From positions 1-64,000 of the IMG/VR virus record IMGVR_UViG_3300008267_000780: DNA of 64,000 bases; one strand, 5' to 3'. This stretch comes from a virus. Positions 27,345 through 36,431 of the stretch are shown in pieces; the first letter of the stretch is position 1; each line of letters starts with the position of its first letter. Under the pieces are notes generated by a model. That model was not told the origin of the DNA, did no database searches, and worked only from the letters and a program-made list of their open reading frames with translations. A program made the position numbers and the translations under genes.

Positions 27345-28319
27345 ATGGAAAATACAGAAAATGTGAATTCAGAAATCATTGATGATTTCTCCCCGCTTAC
27401 TCAGGACAATGTAATCCAACGTGATTATACAAAACCAAATGTTGACTTCTCTCAAGTCAATGCAACCCCTATTGAAGAACCTGTATTCGTAGCCCCCTCT
27501 TTTGAGGATATGGATGCTAATTGGAATTCCAAAAATGTCGAAGAAGCACAAATTGTAGATGAAAAAGCAAGTGCTAATCCATATACAGAAAATCTTGACA
27601 AGAAAGACCAAAGAAAAGCATCAGCCGCATTGGTTGAAGCCCTTTTGGATGGATACACTCAATTGAACAAATTTGGGAATAAACTCGTTCAATTCAATCC
27701 TGAAAAAATACAGGGAATGATGCGCTCAGGGGAAATAGACCCTGATTTGACCATTCCAATTAACGGTAGAAATATCGGAGTTCTTGATTATGTGAATGCA
27801 TACAATGAAGAAACTTCCTCAGTTATTTCCGTTGATGATGACTTCAAAGACAAGGTACGTCCATTGTTAATTGAAGAGTTTATGGAGCGCAACATCGGGA
27901 TGACCCGATTGCAATTGATTGGATATTATTTTGGAACTGATTTATTGACTAAGGGAACCTTGGTTTATTCATTGAGGAAACAGAATCAAGCAGTATTGGA
28001 TTCTTTGGTGGAAATTAGTCAAAATAACCGTCCCGCTCCAACACCTCAGGCAAGTCGTGTGCAACAGTCAGAACCAATTAGAGAAGAGGAACCTGTGAGA
28101 AAATCACAACGTGAATTCGTAGAGCCTGAAGAGGAATACGCAGTTGTCGAAGAGTTTGAACCCGTGACGGTAGTAAAAACTGCCAATGACGATGTTAGTC
28201 GCTCAAGAAGACCACAGGCAGGACCTAAGTTTGGTGACTCTGCAATTTTGGAGCAAATGGAACAAATCGCAAATGGTGAGCCTTCAGGTAAGCGTAGAGG
28301 TAGACCAAGGAAAAAATAA
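27345..28319 (+). CDS. acidic protein with C-terminal AT-hook, possible packaging accessory
   Basis: ends KRRGRPRKK; immediately upstream of the packaging ATPase. Confidence 0.55.
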   Translation: MENTENVNSEIIDDFSPLTQDNVIQRDYTKPNVDFSQVNATPIEEPVFVAPSFEDMDANWNSKNVEEAQIVDEKASANPYTENLDKKDQRKASAALVEALLDGYTQLNKFGNKLVQFNPEKIQGMMRSGEIDPDLTIPINGRNIGVLDYVNAYNEETSSVISVDDDFKDKVRPLLIEEFMERNIGMTRLQLIGYYFGTDLLTKGTLVYSLRKQNQAVLDSLVEISQNNRPAPTPQASRVQQSEPIREEEPVRKSQREFVEPEEEYAVVEEFEPVTVVKTANDDVSRSRRPQAGPKFGDSAILEQMEQIANGEPSGKRRGRPRKK

Positions 28320-28327
28320 TATCAAAT

Positions 28328-29149
28328 ATGAGAGAACCATTATTGGGCGTAGCCGTCGGAAAGAAAGGTGTAGGTAAAACCTTTACGACCAATAGGGTCA
28401 TAAAACAATATGTGATGGGTAATCCCGCTTCGGGAATTATGCCAAGAAAAGTTTTGATTTTAGATGCAAACGATGAATATACTGAGTACAAAGCGATTGC
28501 ATTAAAAGATTTGATGTTGTTTAGTGTGCACCCTATGGTAGAAGCAAGAAGAATTAGGCCAATTCACGCGGATGGTAAAAAAATGACCTTGGACGATTTG
28601 GCAACCACTTTGAATTACATTTTGGAAGTTTTTTCGGGTGGACTTTTATTGATTGAGGATATTAATCGTTTCACTTCTGATTTTATGCCTCAAGATTTGA
28701 TGGGAGCAATTGCAACAAATCGACATCGTGATTTGGATATCATTTTGCACTATCAAGGAATAGGTCGTATTGGAACAAAAGTGTGGCAAAACATAAATTG
28801 GCTCAGGATGCATAAAATTACTGAGTCAGCGATGCGACACGCGAAGAAGTTTGAAGACAAATATGAAATAATCCGCATATGCGAATTAATGGTCAATACA
28901 CAATTCTTTGCAGGTAACGAAAGGTACTATCAATATATTGATTGTGAGAATATGTGCTTTCAAGGTAAGGTAGATGAAAAGTTGTTTGCAGAAGCCTGTA
29001 AATTGTTTATTGAAGAGAATTATCGTAGAATTATTTCGCCTCTTTTACAAATTCGTGGAGTGGGTGACAAAAAGAAATTCACGGCTGATACTGCAATGAA
29101 GTCAGAAATGGAAAGATTAAGGAAAATGTACTTGAAAAAACAATTGTAA
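28328..29149 (+). CDS. genome packaging ATPase, A32/P9-like (FtsK-HerA superfamily)
   Basis: Walker A GKKGVGKT near the N-terminus, Walker B LLLIED, NRH...IILHYQ Arg-finger/Gln motif; 273 aa, no nuclease domain. Confidence 0.8.
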   Translation: MREPLLGVAVGKKGVGKTFTTNRVIKQYVMGNPASGIMPRKVLILDANDEYTEYKAIALKDLMLFSVHPMVEARRIRPIHADGKKMTLDDLATTLNYILEVFSGGLLLIEDINRFTSDFMPQDLMGAIATNRHRDLDIILHYQGIGRIGTKVWQNINWLRMHKITESAMRHAKKFEDKYEIIRICELMVNTQFFAGNERYYQYIDCENMCFQGKVDEKLFAEACKLFIEENYRRIISPLLQIRGVGDKKKFTADTAMKSEMERLRKMYLKKQL

Positions 29150-29182
29150 GTTACTTTAAGTCTACTATGTAATCAATAAGCG

Positions 29183-29209
29183 AACCCCCTTTAAAACAGG
29201 GGGTTTTTT
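29183..29209 (+). terminator. intrinsic terminator after the ATPase
   Basis: AACCCCCT-TTAAAAC-AGGGGGTT-TTTT. Confidence 0.8.
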
Positions 29210-29287
29210 ATTTTAAATACTTGTAAATTACTATGCAAAATATATTTTAGGGAATACTTAATAGTTAATAGTCCATTTTATCCAAGG

Positions 29288-29295
29288 TATTTTTG
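29288..29295 (+). promoter_or_regulatory. Bacteroidota -7 element upstream of the capsid unit
   Basis: TATTTTTG 40 nt before ATG 29336; no clear -33 element. Confidence 0.45.
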
Positions 29296-29335
29296 AAACT
29301 GTAAGCAGTCTGAACGGCTTATCAAACAAAAACTT

Positions 29336-29449
29336 ATGAACGTAGAATCTTTAAAAAAAATCGGAGGACAAGTCCTTTTAATTGTAGTCGGTGTATTAAT
29401 TGCTAATGAAGTTCAAAAGCAAATTGACAAACGACGCGCAGCAATGTAA
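29336..29449 (+). CDS. 37-aa membrane peptide co-transcribed with the MCP (not in ORF track)
   Basis: MNVESLKKIGGQVLLIVVGVLIANEVQKQIDKRRAAM. Confidence 0.7.
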   Translation: MNVESLKKIGGQVLLIVVGVLIANEVQKQIDKRRAAM

Positions 29450-29489
29450 ATTCACAAAAACCAAAAACCTTAAAAAAAAAACTTAGACT

Positions 29490-30188
29490 ATGAGTAATAT
29501 CCGTAAATACCTTGCTGACGCACAGAATCGTGCTCACGAGGGCTTCTTGAATGCCGATGGCTTCTTTGATGACGATTTGAACTTCACCGCAGGTGATGAT
29601 TTTATGTCTGCTAATGGCGACCCTATGCCTGCAGCGGCTCCAACCTCTCAGCCTTACATCATCCAAATTGCAAACACAGGTAGTGCTGTTTCCAATTTCA
29701 GTGTGTTGGGTTCATACGAACAGTTGAGTGATACGGCAGCGTTCACTTCAGGTTCGTACACTTCAGGAAACGTGACGATTTCGTCTGCTATTCCTAACGT
29801 GACTTACCAACAGATGCTTTACCAATTTATGAACAACCCGTTCAGCATTGGTTTGACTTACATTCAGTCAGCATCAAGCACTCAGTTGTTGGAAACAATC
29901 AGCGTACAAACACGTGACGCGAATGGTAACTTGGCACAAAAGCCATTGGTGCCAACCGTGGACCCATATCAGTTTCAGACTACAGTCCTTGCTCTCCGCT
30001 TCGGATACAGAATCGATGGTTACACCAAATTGATTTTGAACCAAGTGTTAGCATCGACCACTGTGAAATTGTACTTGTACCCTGCAGACAACATCAATTT
30101 GGCTCGTGGATTGTCAGGTCGCGCTGTATCAAAAGATTTCAGCAGCCCAGGCATTGTGCGTGCTCAAACCGTGAAAATTCAGGGTTAA
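29490..30188 (+). CDS. candidate major capsid protein (single jelly-roll-like)
   Basis: 232 aa, beta-strand-rich; C-ending codon bias (TTC/AAC/ATC/TAC); own terminator-bounded unit next to the packaging ATPase. Confidence 0.65.
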   Translation: MSNIRKYLADAQNRAHEGFLNADGFFDDDLNFTAGDDFMSANGDPMPAAAPTSQPYIIQIANTGSAVSNFSVLGSYEQLSDTAAFTSGSYTSGNVTISSAIPNVTYQQMLYQFMNNPFSIGLTYIQSASSTQLLETISVQTRDANGNLAQKPLVPTVDPYQFQTTVLALRFGYRIDGYTKLILNQVLASTTVKLYLYPADNINLARGLSGRAVSKDFSSPGIVRAQTVKIQG

Positions 30189-30210
30189 TCCCTCTTTTGC
30201 GATTGAATAG

Positions 30211-30248
30211 AAAAGGGGCGAAGGCAAACAGCCTCGCCCCTTTTTTTT
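30211..30248 (+). terminator. strong intrinsic terminator after the MCP
   Basis: GGGGCG-A-AGGC-AAACA-GCCT-CGCCCC-T8, preceded by an A tract. Confidence 0.9.
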
Positions 30249-30271
30249 AATACTCACAAACACAAATATTT

Positions 30272-30442
30272 ATGGCCTACAAAGTCAAATTGGGTAACAA
30301 GGATTACTTCACAGAAGAATTTTCTTCTGAGACGGAAGCAAAAAGAGCAAAGTATCACGCCATCATTGGCGCGAAAACTTTTCGTAGTGCATCAAAATCG
30401 ATGGACACGAAAATTGTAAAAGTTGTAAAAAAGAAAAAATAA
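30272..30442 (+). CDS. small basic protein (56 aa, not in ORF track)
   Basis: MAYKVKLGNK...KIVKVVKKKK; TAATG overlap with next gene. Confidence 0.6.
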   Translation: MAYKVKLGNKDYFTEEFSSETEAKRAKYHAIIGAKTFRSASKSMDTKIVKVVKKKK

Positions 30443-30825
30443 TGACAATCTACGAGTATATCGCGCGAAATAATCCCACAGGTGCTAAAAGGGTGATTGA
30501 ATCTTTTGGTTATGTGGTGACACAACCTAAAAAAATGGGCGATAACCTTCGTATGTTGGTAGCGCAGGAAGGAGAGCCCGCATTAAAAGCGGTGGTAGAC
30601 TTACACCCTGATAAAGACTTGATTTTGGAAGTTTTCGGAAACAGTCAGGGCGTTAAAGGAACAGGAGATAATTTCTTTGGAGCCGACGGCCTACTTCAAA
30701 GCGCAGTTTTGAATAACAACCAACAGCAAAATGATAGCAACAATAAAATGGTGCTTCAAACAAACACATTAATTGTGGCCTTATCACTCCTTGTAGTTGC
30801 AGGGTTAATATTAAAGAATCGATGA
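30442..30825 (+). CDS. virion membrane protein (C-terminal TM)
   Basis: FFGADG motif; TM LIVALSLLVVAGLIL. Confidence 0.7.
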   Translation: MTIYEYIARNNPTGAKRVIESFGYVVTQPKKMGDNLRMLVAQEGEPALKAVVDLHPDKDLILEVFGNSQGVKGTGDNFFGADGLLQSAVLNNNQQQNDSNNKMVLQTNTLIVALSLLVVAGLILKNR

Positions 30826-31364
30826 AAAATTTGAAACCTAACGAAATTTACGCTGTATCAGCGATGACCATCGACAACAATACTGAAGGGGTAAAAACTC
30901 TGATTACAAAGTATGGTGTCATTTTGCCAAAAAATGCAAGTCGCGCAGATGTTGACAAAGCATTTGCGGCACTTTTAAGAAAGAGCAAATCGTTTAGAAA
31001 TGATTTTGCTTTATTGGCTGCGAATGAAAGTCAAAAGAGCGATAACTTCTCCAATTTTATGGAATTTTTAGGTATGTCAGGCAGAGGTATTGGAACCACA
31101 AGTGCTCCTTTAAAAACTCCTGACCCAATTCCTGTGAAGACAAGTTTGCCGAACACAACTGCTAAAAAACCAAGTGCATTTGCTGAAGCGTTTGATGCTG
31201 ATACAATCAGAAATGTCATCAATACAGGATTGAATATTTGGGCTACCCGCTCAGGTACGACAGCCGCAACTACAAATGATTTACAATCAGGTAGGGATTC
31301 ATTGAATCTACAACCTCAAAATGAATCTACACGGGGTATCGGTACTACAGGAATCATCAGTTAA
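30822..31364 (+). CDS. putative virion protein, possibly C-terminally truncated
   Basis: 180 aa; ends GIGTTGIIS just where neighbours begin a TM. Confidence 0.65.
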   Translation: MKNLKPNEIYAVSAMTIDNNTEGVKTLITKYGVILPKNASRADVDKAFAALLRKSKSFRNDFALLAANESQKSDNFSNFMEFLGMSGRGIGTTSAPLKTPDPIPVKTSLPNTTAKKPSAFAEAFDADTIRNVINTGLNIWATRSGTTAATTNDLQSGRDSLNLQPQNESTRGIGTTGIIS

Positions 31365-31370
31365 AAAGTA

Positions 31371-31595
31371 ATGGCAAACGAATTTCAAGACGCTTTAGAC
31401 AATGTAAAAGAACTGAGTGGACAATCTACTCACGATACCTTTTTGAAGCAAAGCAAACGCATTATGAAGGGCAGTGCTACGGGTCTTGTAGTTGGTTTGA
31501 TGTACGGATGGTACACTAAGAAAAATATTTATGTCACTGCGATACTTGGTGTAATTGCAGGAGGTGCAGTTAACTACTTTATTTTTTCAGAATAA
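31371..31595 (+). CDS. two-TM glycine-zipper membrane protein
   Basis: GSATGLVVGLMYG and AILGVIAGGAV. Confidence 0.7.
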   Translation: MANEFQDALDNVKELSGQSTHDTFLKQSKRIMKGSATGLVVGLMYGWYTKKNIYVTAILGVIAGGAVNYFIFSE

Positions 31596-31596
31596 T

Positions 31597-32016
31597 ATGA
31601 CCTTGGATTCAGCAATAAAATATAAAGATTTTTCAAACCCAAGCATAGTGTTGGCAAGGCCCATCAATATCCAATCGGGTGCGGATGGTAGTCTATCGGT
31701 GAGCGGTCCTAAAGGAGCGGTACAATTAAAATTGACCAAACCGTTAACCATAACAAATGCTCAAGGGAAAAATGAAATCATAGAAAAAGGTGGTATTGTT
31801 TGGGGAATGCCATTGCAATCAATAGCCGCGAACAATTCTTATTTGTATGAAACACAAGGAAGGGTTTATGTTTTAACGGTTGGTGTCAATGCTGAATTAT
31901 ACAATCCATCGTCAAGCCCAAGAAAGGGTGAAGAATCGAAAAAAGGTTTTCCTGTTTCCGTAATAGGATTGGGTTTAATTGCAATCGTGATAATTTATAC
32001 AATAAACAAGTTATGA
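31597..32016 (+). CDS. virion membrane protein (C-terminal TM)
   Basis: beta-rich domain plus VSVIGLGLIAIVIIYTI. Confidence 0.7.
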   Translation: MTLDSAIKYKDFSNPSIVLARPINIQSGADGSLSVSGPKGAVQLKLTKPLTITNAQGKNEIIEKGGIVWGMPLQSIAANNSYLYETQGRVYVLTVGVNAELYNPSSSPRKGEESKKGFPVSVIGLGLIAIVIIYTINKL

Positions 32017-32114
32017 AAATTGCTGATGATAAAAAGAAAAAAGGTGGTGCATTGATGCTTGTAGGCTTTGCCTTACTCGCTTATGTTGTTTATAAAATAA
32101 TCGAAAGTAAATGA
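32013..32114 (+). CDS. 33-aa membrane peptide (not in ORF track)
   Basis: MKIADDKKKKGGALMLVGFALLAYVVYKIIESK; ATGA overlaps at both ends. Confidence 0.65.
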   Translation: MKIADDKKKKGGALMLVGFALLAYVVYKIIESK

Positions 32115-32335
32115 AAAAAGAATATATTGAAGCCCTTGTTTTGATTGGAGCCATCGGTTTTGCTATTTATTTGGCAAGTCCCAAAGACTCCGTATTGAAG
32201 AGTGCAAAAGCGAATTCGCCAAATCCCACAGGACCTAAAGGGGGATTTGAGAATTTCACTGCAGACGAATTAACTTATGACGACCATTTGTATGGAAATG
32301 CAGATGGAGGATTAAAAGGTTTAACACTTAAATAA
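32111..32335 (+). CDS. membrane protein (N-terminal TM)
   Basis: TM plus YGNADGG motif. Confidence 0.7.
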   Translation: MKKEYIEALVLIGAIGFAIYLASPKDSVLKSAKANSPNPTGPKGGFENFTADELTYDDHLYGNADGGLKGLTLK

Positions 32336-32343
32336 ATAAAACT

Positions 32344-32433
32344 ATGACAAAAAACACTAAAACAATCTTGACTGTAGCCGTAGTTGCTACCGTTTTGTTC
32401 TTCGTTTTCAAGAAGCCTAAAACTGACGCTTAA
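32344..32433 (+). CDS. 29-aa membrane peptide (not in ORF track)
   Basis: MTKNTKTILTVAVVATVLFFVFKKPKTDA. Confidence 0.6.
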   Translation: MTKNTKTILTVAVVATVLFFVFKKPKTDA

Positions 32434-32444
32434 TTTTCATCAAA

Positions 32445-32927
32445 ATGAATCGTGATGTATTATTGGGCGCGGGGGTCGTTTTGGCCTTTATCGTCCTTGT
32501 AAGCAGAGCCAAGAAAAACCAAGTTTCCGAACCTTCAGGTGGCGGTGGTGGAGGTGGTATGGGCGGTCCTTTCGTTGCAGGAATACCTGCAGGACCTTTG
32601 ACCGTGAATACTATTGTTCAACCCGCACGTCCCGCGAACCAAGGTCAAGTAATTACAACCTTGGGCACAAAAGACACTACTCCAACTGCAGCGGTTACAA
32701 GTTCTACTCAAGCCAAAGCAATTGATACTGCGACTAACACGGGTGGAATTATTCCTATAGGTCAAGGTGGAAGTTCTACTCCCACTTACAGCACAGGAAC
32801 TGTTACTCAAGCGGATTTAAAGTCAGGTGTTGCAGGTAACACGGTTTTCAAGCCTTTCAGCGGAGCATCAATTGATGCAAAATTCTTGGGATTTGTAGGT
32901 TCAAGGCCTAAATTTGAATTCAATTAA
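32445..32927 (+). CDS. membrane protein with Gly/Thr-rich tail
   Basis: N-terminal TM and poly-Gly. Confidence 0.7.
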   Translation: MNRDVLLGAGVVLAFIVLVSRAKKNQVSEPSGGGGGGGMGGPFVAGIPAGPLTVNTIVQPARPANQGQVITTLGTKDTTPTAAVTSSTQAKAIDTATNTGGIIPIGQGGSSTPTYSTGTVTQADLKSGVAGNTVFKPFSGASIDAKFLGFVGSRPKFEFN

Positions 32928-32928
32928 T

Positions 32929-33210
32929 ATGTTGTCAGCAAATAAACTATACAAAGATTCAGGAACCACTTTGTCGTTCAAAGAATGGTTGGAGCGTGAA
33001 AAGGCAAAAGGCAAATTTATTCCTAACGTGCAAGCGATGGAAGAATTTGTAAATGCCGATGGTGGTGTTTCAGAGCAAGCCTCTGAAAAATCTCAAATCA
33101 CAGCCAAATCAGTCGAGAACAAACAACTGTTTACTTCCGTGGCTCGAGTCGGTTTAATTGTTGTATTGGCATATTTCGTTTATCGAACTATCAAAAGTGA
33201 AGTTAAATAA
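32929..33210 (+). CDS. virion membrane protein (C-terminal TM)
   Basis: FVNADGG motif; TM VGLIVVLAYFVY. Confidence 0.7.
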   Translation: MLSANKLYKDSGTTLSFKEWLEREKAKGKFIPNVQAMEEFVNADGGVSEQASEKSQITAKSVENKQLFTSVARVGLIVVLAYFVYRTIKSEVK

Positions 33211-33421
33211 CACTCAAATAAAGCGCATACTGATTGCAGGGGGATTTTTCTTCCTGCTTTTGCGTTTTCGGGGATATTTAAATCCCGCGAAAGAAACTTT
33301 GTCTGCTAAAGACGAATCTTTATCAGCGAGTGGTACGAAAACCGTTATTGATAGGGCGATTGACAAAATTAGAAGTGGCGGGGTAAAAGTTGCAAGCACT
33401 CCATCTGAAATAACAAACTGA
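33197..33421 (+). CDS. membrane protein (N-terminal TM)
   Basis: GTG start assumed; ILIAGGFFFLLL. Confidence 0.55.
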   Translation: MKLNNTQIKRILIAGGFFFLLLRFRGYLNPAKETLSAKDESLSASGTKTVIDRAIDKIRSGGVKVASTPSEITN

Positions 33422-34203
33422 TGAAAGAAGAAAGAATTGCTACCAAATATGCTCCCGTTACGCTTTGTGTGGTTTTGAAAACAGAGTTCCCTACCAAACT
33501 CAATTTGGTAGTGTTCGATGCAAAAAACCCCAAAAGGAAATTCACTGAGCGTTACAAAACTGTTACAGGCGAAGAAACCCTGTATGTTCGAATGCCGTTG
33601 TCTCCTGATAACGCTGTCGTTCAAGTTTTTTCGCACGGTGGAATTGCAAAAAAGAATGACCCAAACTTCAGTATTGTAAGGGTTTACAAAAAAGGTTTGG
33701 AGCGTCGGTTTGATTTGAATGATATTGGGAATCCCCAAATACGCTCATTCGTCAAATTCGCGCAGAAATTTTGTTTTAATGTGAGTGAGTTGGAGCCCGA
33801 AGAAACTTATCGAAGTGATGACGGTGAATACTTTATTCAGTTGAAGCAACAGATAAAAGATGCAAACGGAAAAGTGTTGGGTACGCCCGCACGTATTGGC
33901 CGTAGAACAGGTGTTATTCAAGTGAGTAAAACCCAATTTGAGGCCTTTACAATTCCTATGCGTATGGCAATTTTGCTACACGAATTTTCCCATTTTTACT
34001 TGAATGAAAAAATGGATGATGAAATGGAGGCAGACTTAAATGGATTGTTGATTTACCTTGGTCTTGGATATCCAAGAATTGAGGCTTATCAAGCGTTCCT
34101 CGAAACATTCAAAAATGCACCAAGCAATTTGAATAAGAAACGCTACGATATGATTAATAACTTCATCAACAATTTTGAGAAAATGGACATTGTAATAAAA
34201 TAA
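33421..34203 (+). CDS. zincin metalloprotease, candidate maturation protease
   Basis: ILLHEFSH (HExxH) plus EMEAD third-ligand motif. Confidence 0.8.
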   Translation: MKEERIATKYAPVTLCVVLKTEFPTKLNLVVFDAKNPKRKFTERYKTVTGEETLYVRMPLSPDNAVVQVFSHGGIAKKNDPNFSIVRVYKKGLERRFDLNDIGNPQIRSFVKFAQKFCFNVSELEPEETYRSDDGEYFIQLKQQIKDANGKVLGTPARIGRRTGVIQVSKTQFEAFTIPMRMAILLHEFSHFYLNEKMDDEMEADLNGLLIYLGLGYPRIEAYQAFLETFKNAPSNLNKKRYDMINNFINNFEKMDIVIK

Positions 34204-34205
34204 AG

Positions 34206-34625
34206 ATGGCAGTTACAAATTGGAACACAGCACCTGATTACGATGAATGGGGCCCCGATAAGTCTTGGGGTTGTGAAGATTGGATACAATGGCACAAATT
34301 GCTCAAATTAAAATTTGGCGCAGTTAAAGCCAACTATATTTGGAATTATGCATATGCCCAAGGAACACAGGGAGCGTCCCATTGGAGTTGCAGGACAACA
34401 AATACTATGTTCCGAAATTATGTGGCAAAGGAAGGTTTGAATCCATATGAAAGTGCGGGTGCATTTGCGCCTATTTTGAATGTTATTGGTGGCGCGGGCG
34501 ATGTAGTCAGTGGCACGGGTGATTTACTGTCAGATATTGGTAAGAATTTAAAAATCATCGGGTACATCGCAATTTTGGGTGTAGCCGTGTATGTGGGAAT
34601 AACCGTTTATAAGAAGACAAAGTGA
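34206..34625 (+). CDS. Trp-rich virion membrane protein (C-terminal TM)
   Basis: TM IIGYIAILGVAVYVGITVY followed by KKTK. Confidence 0.7.
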   Translation: MAVTNWNTAPDYDEWGPDKSWGCEDWIQWHKLLKLKFGAVKANYIWNYAYAQGTQGASHWSCRTTNTMFRNYVAKEGLNPYESAGAFAPILNVIGGAGDVVSGTGDLLSDIGKNLKIIGYIAILGVAVYVGITVYKKTK

Positions 34626-34783
34626 TGAAAAAGGAAATATTGTATGCGGGTGGTATTTTGGTTGCTTTGGGAGCGATTTATTTCATTGTGAAGCAATATA
34701 AAAAGAATCAAGATGGGTCAGCCGCGTTGGATGACAAGGAAATCGTTGATTTATTGAAAAAAATTGATTCGGCAAAAAAATGA
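34625..34783 (+). CDS. 52-aa membrane protein (not in ORF track)
   Basis: MKKEILYAGGILVALGAIYFIVKQYKK... Confidence 0.65.
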   Translation: MKKEILYAGGILVALGAIYFIVKQYKKNQDGSAALDDKEIVDLLKKIDSAKK

Positions 34784-35310
34784 GTACGGAAAAAGGATTA
34801 AAATATGGGTTTTTCTTTATCGCAGGGGTTGCAGTAATTCTTGGTGTTGTTCTATTGGGTAAAAAGAAGCCCGATGACGATGACGAAAATCCAAATCCTG
34901 AGCCTACACCAATGGACCCTGTAATTGACCCTGTTCAAGCATCAGTTCCGCAAAATCTTGCAACTATTCTTGCAAGCAAGGACCCTATTGTAGCATTGAA
35001 GGGTAGGAAGATTTATGCAAAAGTTGCCAATGCAAAAGGTAGGAAAACCCCATATGTAAATGACGGTATGGTAAACAACCTTGCATTCGAATCACTGAAC
35101 GGTGAGTATCTTGGGTATCCTACAAGAGTCGGTAACGATTTAAATGGTGCTAAAGATGCATCAGGAAAAGTTTACAAGTGGATTAGAGTTACACTCGACA
35201 CGAAATCGTGGAATAGGTATAACGATACCAAATCATTTTTGACCAAACAAACTTTTATGAATAACGGAAATAACTTTGCGTGGTTCAGGGAGGACGTAAT
35301 TAAATTATAA
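34780..35310 (+). CDS. membrane-anchored SH3b-like protein
   Basis: TM, Pro linker, then AKGRKTP...YKWIRV...AWFREDVI. Confidence 0.5.
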   Translation: MSTEKGLKYGFFFIAGVAVILGVVLLGKKKPDDDDENPNPEPTPMDPVIDPVQASVPQNLATILASKDPIVALKGRKIYAKVANAKGRKTPYVNDGMVNNLAFESLNGEYLGYPTRVGNDLNGAKDASGKVYKWIRVTLDTKSWNRYNDTKSFLTKQTFMNNGNNFAWFREDVIKL

Positions 35311-35858
35311 TGAAAAAGCAAGCAATTGATAAAAATTTGAAATACGGGCTGTACGTTTTGTCGGCCCTTATTGGTGGTTTTGCAGTCGTAAAAATTGTAA
35401 AAGCAATTAAGGATAATGCAGATAAAGGCGATGATGAAAACAAACCTGAGCCTGAGATTAAAACAGTTTATGTAGACACATACCTGTCAAAGTTGCCTTT
35501 AGGGGTGGATAATTTGACTTGGGGCTCTAAAGTACCCGCTAAGTATTTGCCAACTTTTAATGCAAGCACAGCCGCGAGTACAGATGCAACATACAAAGCG
35601 AATGCAATACGCGTTCAAACTTTGTTAAATCAAAGACTTGCCGCTTTGGGAGGTGGATATCCTAAATTGGTAACAGATGGTATCATAGGTGGTGAAACAA
35701 CAAAAGCAATGATTGTAGTTGCAAAGCAGTATGACAAAATGAATTTGTTGCCTTTAACCAAAAAAGAAGACATTAATAATTGGCTGACCTTTTTCAATGT
35801 AAAAACAATATCAGGAGATTCCTCACAAACAGGTGAGTTTCCTTTTTTCAAAAAATAA
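35310..35858 (+). CDS. membrane-anchored protein with peptidoglycan-binding motif
   Basis: VQTLLN...LVTDGIIGGETTKAM (PG_binding_1 pattern). Confidence 0.65.
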   Translation: MKKQAIDKNLKYGLYVLSALIGGFAVVKIVKAIKDNADKGDDENKPEPEIKTVYVDTYLSKLPLGVDNLTWGSKVPAKYLPTFNASTAASTDATYKANAIRVQTLLNQRLAALGGGYPKLVTDGIIGGETTKAMIVVAKQYDKMNLLPLTKKEDINNWLTFFNVKTISGDSSQTGEFPFFKK

Positions 35859-35870
35859 GACGACAAGAAT

Positions 35871-36431
35871 ATGGACATAGATTCTTTTTTCACAGATGGC
35901 GACCTAAGTTTCGGAATGGACGGTTCAAGCCCTAATTTCAAAAACCTTACAGGAACAGGTCAAAATGTTTCTCGCGGTCCCAAATATGGCGAGTATGAAT
36001 TCAATAAGAACCCTGAATATGGGTTTACTGATGATATTTATTCAAACGCTACGGGTACTTCAAGATTAAATCAACCTACGGAATGGTACGTTACCAAGTT
36101 GTCTGATGCAGACAAAAAAGACTGTAACAAATTACAGGGTGTAATGGATAATATCTCCAAGGATATTGATACCAACAATAAAAAAATGGCCACTGCAAAA
36201 CGCGGTGAAAGAAGGGTTCTTGAAGAATATAACAAGGGTTTGGAATTGGCAGGTAAAAAAGTCTTGGAATTGATGAATGCGGCTAATTGCACCGTCATTC
36301 AGCAGGCAGAATTTAATAAAGCGTTGGGTGTAGCGGGTTCCCCATCAAAATCATCAAAGGTGATTTTGTATGTTGGCATTGGCGTTGCTGCATTGGCTCT
36401 TGGAGTGGTACTTTACAAAAAATTTAAGTAA
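35871..36431 (+). CDS. virion membrane protein (C-terminal TM)
   Basis: FKNLTG and YSNATG motifs, helical domain, TM plus YKKFK. Confidence 0.7.
   Translation: MDIDSFFTDGDLSFGMDGSSPNFKNLTGTGQNVSRGPKYGEYEFNKNPEYGFTDDIYSNATGTSRLNQPTEWYVTKLSDADKKDCNKLQGVMDNISKDIDTNNKKMATAKRGERRVLEEYNKGLELAGKKVLELMNAANCTVIQQAEFNKALGVAGSPSKSSKVILYVGIGVAALALGVVLYKKFK

Noticed and set aside
28328-29149. Terminase large subunit or conjugative VirB4/TraD
   Set aside because: Too short, no RNase H nuclease domain, and no T4SS genes nearby.
5912-29177. TAATCAAT at 5912, 7940, 24908 and 29170 as a phage late promoter
   Set aside because: A few copies are expected by chance in AT-rich DNA, and one copy lies upstream of a terminator.
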